From NCBI GenBank assembly GCA_964640155.1, contig CAZXEQ010000003.1, positions 44,189 to 76,188 on the forward strand: a stretch of 32,000 nt of DNA, read 5' to 3'. Below, in pieces: positions 17,318 to 25,705 of the stretch. The notes beneath the pieces are model-generated. The model was not told the origin of the DNA. It made no database searches and saw only the letters and a list, made by a program, of their open reading frames with translations. The stretch comes from an uncultured bacterium (GTDB lineage: Bacteria > Auribacterota > JACPWU01). Position numbers and translations under genes: made by a program. Within the stretch, counting starts at the first letter, position 1; every line of letters starts with the position of its first letter.

Positions 17318-17788
17318 ATGAAAATCTTATCCATCACTATAACACTTTTTCTTACTTTAAGTTTTCAGGGGTGTGAACTTCCAAAAAATACCCGAAGAAA
17401 TGTGCATATTGCTTCTTTAGATAAGATCTTAGAGGAAAATCATCTTAAAGCAGATGAGAATATAAAAATCATAGACATAGGTAAACCTCTTAAGTTTTTG
17501 AGTGAGCATATGGTTTTTATACGGGATCGTGAACCTCTCCATATTCACGCAAAACATGATTTGATTGCCATTTTACAAAAAGGGGAAGGGACGCTTTATT
17601 GCGAGGATAAAAAATATTCTTTAAAGACAGGTGATTCCATTTTTATTCCTAAAGGACTTAAACATTATTTTGTGAATCAATCATCTGAACCAGCTGTTGC
17701 TTATATTGTTTTTACGCCCCCTTTTGATGGGAAAGATGTGATCCCTGTGAAATCTTTTAAAAAATCTACTGAGGAGTCGGAATCATGA
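17318..17788 (+). CDS. Cupin-domain protein with N-terminal signal/lipobox-like sequence
   Basis: MKILSITITLFLTLSFQGC, then cupin-like motifs (PLHIHAKHD; GDSIFIPKGLKHYFVN). Its stop is in an ATGA overlap with the trxB start. Confidence 0.7.
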   Translation: MKILSITITLFLTLSFQGCELPKNTRRNVHIASLDKILEENHLKADENIKIIDIGKPLKFLSEHMVFIRDREPLHIHAKHDLIAILQKGEGTLYCEDKKYSLKTGDSIFIPKGLKHYFVNQSSEPAVAYIVFTPPFDGKDVIPVKSFKKSTEESES

Positions 17789-18723
17789 GCGATTCAAAAA
17801 TTCATAAAGTTGTTATTTTAGGATCAGGGCCAGCAGGTTTGACTGCAGCTATTTATGCGGGTCGAGCAAATCTGTCGCCTGTTGTTGTTGAGGGAACGCA
17901 ACCAGGAGGACAGCTTACTATTACCACAGATGTAGAAAATTATCCGGGTTTTCCGGAAGGGATTCAGGGACCAGAATTAATGGTTCTATTTCGAAAACAA
18001 GCGGAGCGATTTGGAACACAATATATTGTAGGAGATATTCATAAAATAGATGTAAAGAAAGCCCCATTCATAATTTTTCTGGATCAAGGAGAAATAAAAA
18101 CTCAAACCTTAATTGTTTCTACAGGGGCTTCTGCAAAACTTCTGGGTATTGAATCTGAAAAAAAATTAATGGGGCATGGTGTTTCTGCTTGTGCCACATG
18201 TGATGGATTTTTCTTTCGTGGGAAAGAAGTGGCTGTGATAGGGGGCGGAGACACAGCAATGGAAGAAGCTAATTTTCTGACCCGATTTTGCACAAAAGTG
18301 ACGGTCATTCATCGTCGAGATGAACTCAGGGCATCCAAGATCATGCAAGAAAGAGCTAAAAAAAATCCAAAAATTGAGTTTATTTGGAATGCAGGGATAG
18401 AAGAATTTTTAGGTGAGGCTTCTACAGGATTAAAAGCTATTCGCCTAAAAGATTTGAAAGAAGGGAAAGTTTTTGAGAAAAAATTTGATGGAGCTTTTGT
18501 GGCCATTGGTCATGAGCCTAATACCAAATGGTTTAAAGGGCAACTTGAACTAGATGAAAAAGGTTATATGGTTACGAAGCCTGGTTCGACTGAAACAAAT
18601 GTTCCAGGTGTTTTTGCTGCAGGTGATGTTCAAGATCACAAATATCGTCAAGCCGTTACTGCTGCTGGATCAGGCTGCATGGCCGCGATGGATGCGGAGA
18701 AATATTTAGAAGCAAAAGAGTAG
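17785..18723 (+). CDS. trxB: Thioredoxin-disulfide reductase
   Basis: FAD site ILGSGPAG. Redox-active CATC. NADPH site VIGGGDTAMEEA. C-terminal GVFAAGDVQD...AAGSGCMAA. Confidence 0.97.
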   Translation: MSDSKIHKVVILGSGPAGLTAAIYAGRANLSPVVVEGTQPGGQLTITTDVENYPGFPEGIQGPELMVLFRKQAERFGTQYIVGDIHKIDVKKAPFIIFLDQGEIKTQTLIVSTGASAKLLGIESEKKLMGHGVSACATCDGFFFRGKEVAVIGGGDTAMEEANFLTRFCTKVTVIHRRDELRASKIMQERAKKNPKIEFIWNAGIEEFLGEASTGLKAIRLKDLKEGKVFEKKFDGAFVAIGHEPNTKWFKGQLELDEKGYMVTKPGSTETNVPGVFAAGDVQDHKYRQAVTAAGSGCMAAMDAEKYLEAKE

Positions 18724-18905
18724 ATGTAAAGCGATTGAAAAAGATTAAGTGTTAGAAACATGTAGCCGTGAGAGGGGTTTGGGGAGAACATTCTGGTCTC
18801 CACAAAAATAGGCGAAGCCAAATACATTCGTAGGAAGGATAGATACGAGAAAGGAAACTATAAGTTGTCTTTCTCGGGAAGCCGATGCAATCGGCTGACG
18901 GGTGA

Positions 18906-18950
18906 ATGGCGGCGATGGATGCTGAAAAGTATCTAGAAGAGAAAGAATAG
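18906..18950 (+). pseudogene. Displaced duplicate of the last 14 codons plus stop of trxB
   Basis: atggcggcgatggatgctgaaaagtatctagaagagaaagaatag compared with trxB 18679-18723 atggccgcgatggatgcggagaaatatttagaagcaaaagagtag. 37 of 45 nt are identical. Seven codons differ and six of those changes are synonymous. It encodes MAAMDAEKYLEEKE* against MAAMDAEKYLEAKE*. A TGA lies immediately upstream in frame. Confidence 0.6.
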
Positions 18951-18985
18951 CTAGCGACGGGTGGCTTCTAGTTCAGAATATGTTT

Positions 18986-20011
18986 TTATTGTTCGATGAG
19001 AGGTTTTACTTCTAAAACTTCTTGTTTGGTGAGAAGACGTATAAATTTCTGAATCAGTTCTTCCTCAAGTCTTAAAATTTCATCATCCGTTTTCCCTGAA
19101 CAATCAATTTTTCCACCTGCAATCATGCCATGTCCACCCGCTTTCCCAATGGGATGCACAAGTTTTTGAACGAGCTTTCCAGCATTTGCTCGGGTTTGTG
19201 TAGTTCTTAGTGAAAGAAGAAGTTTGTCTTGAAATTGGCCCAATGCAAAAGACCAGCTCATACGTTCTAGCTGAAGCAAAAGATCTGCAACATAGGGAAC
19301 ATAATCAGGATTTTGGATAATTCCAAGTCTAGAGACAATGATATGACGGTAAGTAAAAGCGTTTTGTAAGGCTTGGGATAAATTGTAAAAATAATCTCGA
19401 GAAAGTCGGGGATGTTCGATTCTAGAAAGAATTTTTTTATTCGTATAAGAAAAAAGGGTGAAATAGGCTTGTCTATCGACTTCACTGGCTTCTCTTCCTA
19501 AATGCTGAGTTTCAGATGAAAGCCCATAATAAAGAGCTGTAGCCAAATGAGAGGGGATTTCAAGACCGCTTGCTAAAAGGTATTCGGTTAAGATTGTTGC
19601 TGTGGCACCATAATTGGTTCTAATATCAATAAAATCTGCCTTTGTAGTTTTTCTCAATGGATGATGGTCAATGACAATCGTTGGTTTAATCCCTGGTGGA
19701 AGAGAGTTATTGCCTGTTCCAGGTTGCGTATCCACCATGGCAAAATGGCGGTATTTATGGAGTGGAAGGTCTCCCAATGGTTTAGCTGGAATTTTTAAGA
19801 GCTGAACCATGGTTCTGTTTTCAGCTCGACCGACAATTCCACCATAAACAATTTTTGATCTAATTTTAAACTTTTTTGCTAAGATGTAACGCAATGTGGC
19901 TGCGCTAGATAGGGAATCTGGATCTGGATTATCATGTGCAAAAATAAGAAGATTTTTACAACCTACTAACACTTTTTCGAGCTCAGCTAATTTTGCTTTA
20001 GATTCATTCAT
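18986..20011 (-). CDS. nrnA: DHH/DHHA1 phosphoesterase (NrnA-like oligoribonuclease/pAp phosphatase)
   Basis: DHH-family motifs (IFAHDNPDPDSLSSA, VIDHHP) and DHHA1 GGHGMIAGG. Start placed at the internal Met (MNESKAKL), which avoids overlap with the divergent mutT. The track start at 20071 remains possible. Confidence 0.85.
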   Translation of the reverse strand: MNESKAKLAELEKVLVGCKNLLIFAHDNPDPDSLSSAATLRYILAKKFKIRSKIVYGGIVGRAENRTMVQLLKIPAKPLGDLPLHKYRHFAMVDTQPGTGNNSLPPGIKPTIVIDHHPLRKTTKADFIDIRTNYGATATILTEYLLASGLEIPSHLATALYYGLSSETQHLGREASEVDRQAYFTLFSYTNKKILSRIEHPRLSRDYFYNLSQALQNAFTYRHIIVSRLGIIQNPDYVPYVADLLLQLERMSWSFALGQFQDKLLLSLRTTQTRANAGKLVQKLVHPIGKAGGHGMIAGGKIDCSGKTDDEILRLEEELIQKFIRLLTKQEVLEVKPLIEQ

Positions 20012-20057
20012 GCATGAAATTAAAGGATGTTTTAGCCTTTTAGGCAAGGTTAAAAAT

Positions 20058-20447
20058 ATGAGACCTCTCATACAAGTTGCAGCAGGGCTTATTCTGAAAG
20101 ACGGAAAATATTTGATCTCTCAAAGAAAGGCAAATGGACATTTAGCTTTCTTTTGGGAATTTCCTGGAGGGAAAAAAGAGTTAGGAGAAACTTTAGAAGT
20201 TTGTCTGAAACGTGAATTATGGGAAGAATTAGGAATTCTTGTTTCAGTTGAATTTCTTGTGATGCAACATTCATATGCATACGTAGATCGCATCGTAGAA
20301 CTTTATTTTTATAGGTGTATGATTAGAGAAGGTATTCCTTATAAAAAAGATTGTCATGATTTAAAATGGATAACACCTTTTCAAATGCAGGAAAAGTTTT
20401 TTCCGCCTGCAGACGCTTTGCTAATTCGAAGACTGCAAAAACTCTAA
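20058..20447 (+). CDS. mutT: NUDIX hydrolase, MutT-like (8-oxo-dGTP diphosphatase type)
   Basis: Nudix box GGKKELGETLEVCLKRELWEELG. Start taken at MRPLIQVAAGLIL (ATG 20058). The upstream part of track ORF 19896.. is antisense to nrnA. Confidence 0.85.
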   Translation: MRPLIQVAAGLILKDGKYLISQRKANGHLAFFWEFPGGKKELGETLEVCLKRELWEELGILVSVEFLVMQHSYAYVDRIVELYFYRCMIREGIPYKKDCHDLKWITPFQMQEKFFPPADALLIRRLQKL

Positions 20448-20478
20448 TTTATAACAGTAATTAGGAAAGGATTGAAAA

Positions 20479-20955
20479 ATGGATTTACAAATCAGAAAAA
20501 AAGCTTTGCGCATGATTTCTTATGGTTTATATGTTTTGACTGCAAAATCCGAAGAAGAAACGGCTGGGAGTACTGTGACATGGCTTTCACAGTCTTCTAT
20601 GACTCCTCCTATGATTATGGTGGGACTTGAAAAAGAAAGTCGTTCCTATCGTGTTGTGGAAAAAAGTGGAAAATTTGTAATTCATTTTATTGGAAAAGGA
20701 CAAAAAGAAATTGCTCAAAAATTCTTTAAGCCTCCCCATATTGAAGGCGATAAAATCAATGGTTTCTCTTTTAAATTAGGTAAAACGGGAGCTCCTATTC
20801 TTTTAGATGTTCCAGGCTATCTTGAATGCCAAGTGTCCAAGATTATTAAAGAAGGGGATCATCATGTGGTTTTAGCTGAAGTGATTGATGTGGGTGTGCA
20901 ACACGATTTAGAGCCTTTGCCCTTACGAGAAACAGGATGGAGTTATGGAGGGTAA
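20479..20955 (+). CDS. Flavin reductase-like (FMN-binding split-barrel) protein
   Basis: Size and blocks (YGLYVLTAKS..ETAGSTVTWLSQSSMTPPMIMVGL, GDHHVVLAEV) fit the Flavin_Reduct domain family. Confidence 0.8.
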   Translation: MDLQIRKKALRMISYGLYVLTAKSEEETAGSTVTWLSQSSMTPPMIMVGLEKESRSYRVVEKSGKFVIHFIGKGQKEIAQKFFKPPHIEGDKINGFSFKLGKTGAPILLDVPGYLECQVSKIIKEGDHHVVLAEVIDVGVQHDLEPLPLRETGWSYGG

Positions 20956-20996
20956 TCCATAGTCTCCAGTTGCCAGCTAAAGAATAAAATTTTTCC

Positions 20997-21671
20997 TTAT
21001 AACTGGTGACTCGTGACAGGTGACTGAGGACCAACACCTATTTTCGGGCACAAGTTGTTCAAAACACATTTATCACAAAGTGGCTTGCGTGCATGACAAG
21101 TCATTCGTCCGTGCAAGATAATAAGATGGCTGAATTGAATCCAATCTTTTCGAGGGACAATTCCCATCAAGTCGACTTCAATTTTTTCTGGAGTTTGTTC
21201 TTTAGAAAGTCCAAGTCGATAGGAAAGGCGTTTGACATGGGTGTCTACAGCAATTCCCTCAGCAATACGATATGCATTTCCTAAAACCACATTTGCTGTT
21301 TTTCGTGCTACACCAGGAAGTGTTAAAAGTTCTTCCATTGTATCTGGAACGACATCGTTAAACTTTCCTACAATCATACGACAAGCGTTTTGAATGTTTT
21401 TAGCTTTGTTACGATAAAAGCCAGTTGACCGAATATCATTTTCCAATTCCTTGATTGAAGCTTGCATATAATCTTTGGCTCTTTTGTATTTTTGAAAGAG
21501 AAGGGGAGTGACGCGATTGACGCGTTCATCGGTGCATTGAGCAGATAGAATAGTAGCAATTAAAAGTTGAAGAGGATTTTCATAGGTTAAGGCACAAGCT
21601 GCATTAGGAATTTTTTGTTCCAGTTTTTTAATAATTTTTAAAACATATGGGTTTAAGGTTTTGTTTGCCAT
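20997..21671 (-). CDS. nth: Endonuclease III (DNA glycosylase/AP lyase)
   Basis: LIATILSAQCTDERVN. HhH-GPD block LPGVARKTANVVL. C-terminal 4Fe-4S ligands CHARKPLCDKCVLNNLC. Confidence 0.95.
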   Translation of the reverse strand: MANKTLNPYVLKIIKKLEQKIPNAACALTYENPLQLLIATILSAQCTDERVNRVTPLLFQKYKRAKDYMQASIKELENDIRSTGFYRNKAKNIQNACRMIVGKFNDVVPDTMEELLTLPGVARKTANVVLGNAYRIAEGIAVDTHVKRLSYRLGLSKEQTPEKIEVDLMGIVPRKDWIQFSHLIILHGRMTCHARKPLCDKCVLNNLCPKIGVGPQSPVTSHQL

Positions 21672-21742
21672 AAGTTTTATTATAGTTTTTTAAACAGGCT
21701 ATTTAAAGGGAAAGTGAATATAGACGTTTTTTTGAGATTTTT

Positions 21743-21826
21743 GGGGGACCGGGGCCTGCCACTCGACAGCCCCACCGTGCTCGAGTATTAGTTGCACTCG
21801 GCGGGGCTCCCCGCCGAGTGTCACCC
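21743..21826. other. 84-nt GC-rich structured island in the nth/aldolase divergent spacer (possible sRNA, leader or repeat element)
   Basis: By hand count 60 of 84 nt are G or C, in a visibly AT-rich genome. Perfect 11-bp hairpin cactcggcggg-gctc-cccgccgagtg at 21795-21820. Further ggggc/gcccc and ctcga/tcgag pairings. No U-tract follows the hairpin on either strand. Confidence 0.3.
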
Positions 21827-21846
21827 GTATCTATAAAAGGGTACAT

Positions 21847-21865
21847 TTTGATCCGCAGGATCAAA
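21847..21865. promoter_or_regulatory. Perfect palindrome tttgatcc-gca-ggatcaaa upstream of the aldolase/oxidoreductase operon (candidate operator)
   Basis: 8-bp arms with a 3-nt spacer, about 80 nt upstream of ATG 21946. The half-sites contain TTGAT/ATCAA, but the spacing is 7 rather than the 4 of an FNR box. Confidence 0.35.
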
Positions 21866-21945
21866 TATATAAAAACCTTCTTTTTTTCTTGATTTGTAGA
21901 TTCATTTGCATTAACCTTTTGGCCAGTTTTGGGAAGGAGTTCACT

Positions 21946-22899
21946 ATGACCACACAAGTAAAAGAAGAGGTAGTAAGTACCAAGGGCGCCTCGAAGAAAA
22001 GCCCATGGCTTTCATTAAACGATTTAGATTTATCCACAGGTAAGAAAGTACGTCTACATCGATTGCTTTATGAACATGGTCCTAAAAATGGGACATTGAT
22101 GGTTCTTCCAATCGATCAAGGTTTAGAGCATGGTCCCCGTGATTTTTTTGTTAATCCCCCCAGTAAAGATCCAGAATTTCAATTTAGATTAGCCATTGAA
22201 GGTGGTTATTCTGCTATTGCTATTCAAATTGGTCTTGCCGAAAAATATTTAAATAAATATGCAGGCAAAATTCCTTTGATTCTTAAGCTGAATGGTAAAA
22301 CTGAAGTTCCTTCAGACGATGAAGCTTTTAGCCCTTTGAATGGTACGGTTGAAGATGCAGTTCGATTAGGTGCAGATGCGATTGGGTATACTATCTATGT
22401 AGGTTCACCTGCTCAAGACAGAGATTTTGCACAATTTAGTCAGGTTCGCCAAGATGCTGTACGCTTTGGAATTCCAGTCATTGTTTGGGCTTATCCAAGA
22501 GGTATTGGCATTGATACGGAGAAAGGTGGCCGTGATGGTATTTACGCTATTGATTATGCAGCTCGCGTTGCTTGTGAATTGGGTGCAGATGTTGTGAAAG
22601 TTAATTTTCCAAAAATTGACGAAAAGAAACAATCTCAATATCCTAAGCCTTACGATACGCTTAAAGAATCAGAAGGTGAACTTATGAAGCGTGTTGTTGA
22701 ATCTGCAGGGAAAACATTGGTCATTCTTTCAGGTGGTGGCAAGGTCAATGACGATGAGATGCTTCACAAAATTAAGACGGCCATGGATGCTGGTGTTGCA
22801 GGAATTATTTTTGGACGCAACATGTGGCAAAGAAAAGTTGAAGACGCTATTGCGGCAAGTCAAAAAGTAACAAAGCTTCTTCAAAATTATTCACGATAG
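21946..22899 (+). CDS. fbaB: Class I fructose-bisphosphate aldolase, DhnA/FbaB type
   Basis: GGAAGGAG Shine-Dalgarno sequence at 21932-21939, then ATG 21946. Blocks LPIDQGLEHGP, ILKLNGKT, GADAIGYTIYVGS, VIVWAYPRG, GADVVKVNFP (Schiff-base Lys region) and GIIFGRN parallel E. coli FbaB as I recall it. Confidence 0.8.
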   Translation: MTTQVKEEVVSTKGASKKSPWLSLNDLDLSTGKKVRLHRLLYEHGPKNGTLMVLPIDQGLEHGPRDFFVNPPSKDPEFQFRLAIEGGYSAIAIQIGLAEKYLNKYAGKIPLILKLNGKTEVPSDDEAFSPLNGTVEDAVRLGADAIGYTIYVGSPAQDRDFAQFSQVRQDAVRFGIPVIVWAYPRGIGIDTEKGGRDGIYAIDYAARVACELGADVVKVNFPKIDEKKQSQYPKPYDTLKESEGELMKRVVESAGKTLVILSGGGKVNDDEMLHKIKTAMDAGVAGIIFGRNMWQRKVEDAIAASQKVTKLLQNYSR

Positions 22900-22908
22900 G
22901 AGACAACA

Positions 22909-24663
22909 ATGCTTGACAGGGAAATCACAATAGGAATTGGTGGAGCAGCAGGAGATGGTATTGCTTCTACCGGAGATACACTGTCTAAAACATATTCTAG
23001 ATCAGGTCTAGATGTGTATGTTTATAATAATTATCAATCTGTGATTCGTGGAGGCCATGTTTGGCTGAAACTTCGTGCAGGTGAGGAAAAAGTTCATAAT
23101 CACGGAGACCGGTTGGATGTTGTGATTGCCTTGAATCAAGATACAGTGGATCAGCATGCTTTAGAAGTAGAGGCTGGCGGTGGTATTATTTATAATTCCG
23201 ATCGCATTAAGGTCGATGAAGCTCATTTGAAAAAGGGTGTAAAGGCTTTTCCTCTTCCTATTCTTGAATTATTGAAAGATTCTCCTGATAAAAATCCTAT
23301 CTATCAGAATATTATTGATTTAGGAGCACTTCTTTTTCTGACCGGTTTGAATTTTGATGTGACAGCAGAATTATTGAAGGAAACCTTTGAGAAAAAGGGC
23401 GAAAAAGTTATTCAAGCCAATATCAACATGCTTCGACTGGGATATGATTATGCGAAAGCAAAATATCAACCCTTAAGAAAATCTCTTAAAGGGGATAATC
23501 GAAAACGGATGGTGATCACAGGTAATGAGCTTTTTGCCATGGGAGCTATTGCTGCAGGATGTAATTTCTACAGCGCTTATCCTATGACTCCTGCATCAAC
23601 TATTTTAAATTATATGTCTGCTCGTGGGGCTCAATATGGTGTAGTTGTAAAGCAATGTGAAGATGAAATTTCTGTTATCAATATGGCCATTGGAGCAGGT
23701 TTTGCAGGTGCTCGCGCGATGTGCGGAACTTCCGGAGGTGGATTTGCTTTGATGACTGAAGCTGTCGGAGAAGCAGGAATGACTGAGACCCCCCTTGTTG
23801 CTATTACAGTTATGCGTGGTGGTCCTTCAACAGGTCTTCCAACCAAAACAGAACAAGCCGATTTGAATCAAGTTGTGGGAGCATCACAAGGAGATTTTCC
23901 TAGAATTATCATTGCTCCAACGAATCTTGTGGATTGTTTTGATACAGCAGCAGAAGCTCATAATTTGGCTGAAATTTATCAATGTCCAGTATTGATTGTT
24001 TCTGATTTATTGCTTTCTGAACATCATGAAACGCTATATGTGGATGATTTGAAATTTGACAAGATCAAGATTGATCGAGGACAGTTGGTGGATTCATGGA
24101 AAGGGCAGGGGAAATATAAGAGATTTCTTTTTACAGACTCTGGAATCTCTCCAAGAATTTTGCCAGGTACAGAGAATGCCGTTCACGTGACAGCTACTGA
24201 TGAACACGATGAAGAAGGCATTTTGATCAGTGATGTATTCACGAATCCAGTCATTCGAAAGAAAATGATGGAAAAGAGAATGAGAAAGATGGAGTTATTG
24301 AAGCTCCCCCTTCCTCAATTCTATGGTCCTAAAGATGCAGATATTACCCTGATTGGATGGGGATCTACAGAAGGTGTACTTCGAGAAGCGATTGATCTTT
24401 TAAATAAAGAAGGCATTAAAGTTAATCAACTTCAGTTCAAATACCTTCATCCTCTTCCTGAAAAGGCTGTGTCGGAGATTCTGGGTAAATTAAAAACAAG
24501 TATTATTGTTGAAAATTGTTACTCTGGGCAATTCGCTCGCCACTTAAGAGCAGAAACAGGTTATACTGCGGATGGTTTTATCCGAAAATATGATGGAGAG
24601 CCATTTGAACCCTTATACATTGTTCGAGAGGTAAAGGAGAAATCTTATGCCACAAGTCGTTGA
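22909..24663 (+). CDS. 2-oxoacid:ferredoxin oxidoreductase, alpha subunit (fused gamma-alpha type)
   Basis: N-terminal gamma-like GIGGAAGDGIASTGD, then alpha-domain blocks GNELFAMGAIAAGCNFYSAYPMTPAS and GGFALMTEAVGEAGMTETPLV. Substrate specificity cannot be read from the sequence. Confidence 0.9.
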   Translation: MLDREITIGIGGAAGDGIASTGDTLSKTYSRSGLDVYVYNNYQSVIRGGHVWLKLRAGEEKVHNHGDRLDVVIALNQDTVDQHALEVEAGGGIIYNSDRIKVDEAHLKKGVKAFPLPILELLKDSPDKNPIYQNIIDLGALLFLTGLNFDVTAELLKETFEKKGEKVIQANINMLRLGYDYAKAKYQPLRKSLKGDNRKRMVITGNELFAMGAIAAGCNFYSAYPMTPASTILNYMSARGAQYGVVVKQCEDEISVINMAIGAGFAGARAMCGTSGGGFALMTEAVGEAGMTETPLVAITVMRGGPSTGLPTKTEQADLNQVVGASQGDFPRIIIAPTNLVDCFDTAAEAHNLAEIYQCPVLIVSDLLLSEHHETLYVDDLKFDKIKIDRGQLVDSWKGQGKYKRFLFTDSGISPRILPGTENAVHVTATDEHDEEGILISDVFTNPVIRKKMMEKRMRKMELLKLPLPQFYGPKDADITLIGWGSTEGVLREAIDLLNKEGIKVNQLQFKYLHPLPEKAVSEILGKLKTSIIVENCYSGQFARHLRAETGYTADGFIRKYDGEPFEPLYIVREVKEKSYATSR

Positions 24664-25528
24664 ACTTCCAGCATCTACATATAAAAGTGAAGTAAAGCCA
24701 GATTGGTGCCCAGGTTGCGGTGATCATGGGGTTTTAAATGCGCTACAAAGAGCTGCAGGTAAATGTGGGATTCAGCCTAAAGATCTTTTGGTTGTTTCAG
24801 GCATTGGCTGTTCCTCCAATCTTCCTGGATTTATCCATGCTTATGGTTTTCACAGTCTTCATGGCCGTTCTGTCCCTGTTGCAACTGGAGCAAAGTTGGC
24901 CAATCCTGATTTAAATGTTGTTATTACTGGTGGAGATGGAGATGCCTATGGCATTGGATTAGGGCATTTTGTTCATATTGCCAGACGTAATATTAATTTA
25001 ACTTATATTGTAATGGATAATCAGATTTATGGTTTGACCACAGGTCAAGCTTCTCCAACTTCTCGCAAAGGTCATAAGACAAAATCAACACCTTTGGGAA
25101 ATATTGAAACTCCTTTGAATCCTCTTGTTTTGGCGATGGTCAGTGGGGCGACCTTTGTTGCTCGAGGTTTTTCTGGAGATATGAATCATCTTACAGATCT
25201 TATGACACAAGCGATTCAACATAAGGGATTCTCTCTGGTAGATGTGTTTAGTCCTTGCGTGACCTATAACAAAGTTAACACTTACCCATGGTTTAGAGAA
25301 AACATCTATAAACTTGAAGATGTCAAACATGATCGTAGTGATTATGAAGCAGCTCTTAAACGTGCTCATGAATGGGATGTAAAGAAAATACCGATTGGTG
25401 TTTTTTATCAAACCATTGCTCCAACCTATGAAGAAGAAGATGTTGTCATCAAGCAAGGTCCTGTTGTGAAGAAGAAAATGGGGCTGACATCTGAACAAGC
25501 TAAGAAGATGGTTCACGAGTTTATTTAG
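24647..25528 (+). CDS. 2-oxoacid:ferredoxin oxidoreductase, beta (TPP-binding) subunit
   Basis: WCPGCGDHG, SGIGCSS, GGDGDAYGIG, MDNQIYGLTTGQ. The start overlaps the alpha-subunit gene by 17 nt. Confidence 0.92.
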   Translation: MPQVVELPASTYKSEVKPDWCPGCGDHGVLNALQRAAGKCGIQPKDLLVVSGIGCSSNLPGFIHAYGFHSLHGRSVPVATGAKLANPDLNVVITGGDGDAYGIGLGHFVHIARRNINLTYIVMDNQIYGLTTGQASPTSRKGHKTKSTPLGNIETPLNPLVLAMVSGATFVARGFSGDMNHLTDLMTQAIQHKGFSLVDVFSPCVTYNKVNTYPWFRENIYKLEDVKHDRSDYEAALKRAHEWDVKKIPIGVFYQTIAPTYEEEDVVIKQGPVVKKKMGLTSEQAKKMVHEFI

Positions 25529-25573
25529 TTAATCTGACTAACAAGCTCTTTTTTAGACTTCTTTCTTAAACTT

Positions 25574-25609
25574 AACTTCCATCTATGAAAATAGATGGAA
25601 GTTTTTTTT
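25574..25609 (+). terminator. Rho-independent terminator of the aldolase-oxidoreductase operon
   Basis: 13-bp perfect stem aacttccatctat / atagatggaagtt with loop gaaa, followed by tttttt. Confidence 0.85.
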
Positions 25610-25705
25610 ATAAGGCATTCTCGTCTGATGACAAAGCCTATGATTTTTTTTGCGTTCAAATCCTAATTATTTCAACGTGAATTTGATATAATCCAAGTAA
25701 TCTAT

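Noticed and set aside
19896-20057. N-terminal extension of the MutT-like ORF (track start at 19896).
   Set aside because: The extension is antisense to the conserved N-terminus of nrnA and has no Nudix-related sequence. Met at 20058 gives a normal MutT N-terminus.
21703-21957. 84-aa minus-strand ORF across the GC-rich island upstream of the aldolase gene.
   Set aside because: The Arg/Gly/Pro-rich stretch simply translates the GC-rich hairpin region. There is no Shine-Dalgarno sequence, and it would run antisense into the aldolase start.
25085-25516. 143-aa antisense ORF inside the oxidoreductase beta-subunit gene. The same applies to similar antisense ORFs at 646-906, 992-1186, 6986-7213, 9476-9664, 11189-11474, 11713-12240, 13254-13452, 15139-15345, 17084-17305, 18102-18506, 19267-19485, 20089-20280, 20846-21037, 21093-21559, 22405-22638, 23631-23846, 26068-26292, 27430-27681, 28704-28895, 29115-29315, 31049-31252 and 31364-31576.
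   Set aside because: All lie opposite or within strongly supported genes. They have biased low-complexity composition typical of shadow ORFs and no recognisable motifs.
25683-25696. TTGATATAATCCAA as an FNR box upstream of Crp/Fnr paralogue 1.
   Set aside because: Only the left half-site is good. The same bases read equally well as an extended -10 promoter element (TGATATAAT), and the site is only about 10 nt from the ATG. It is too ambiguous to call.
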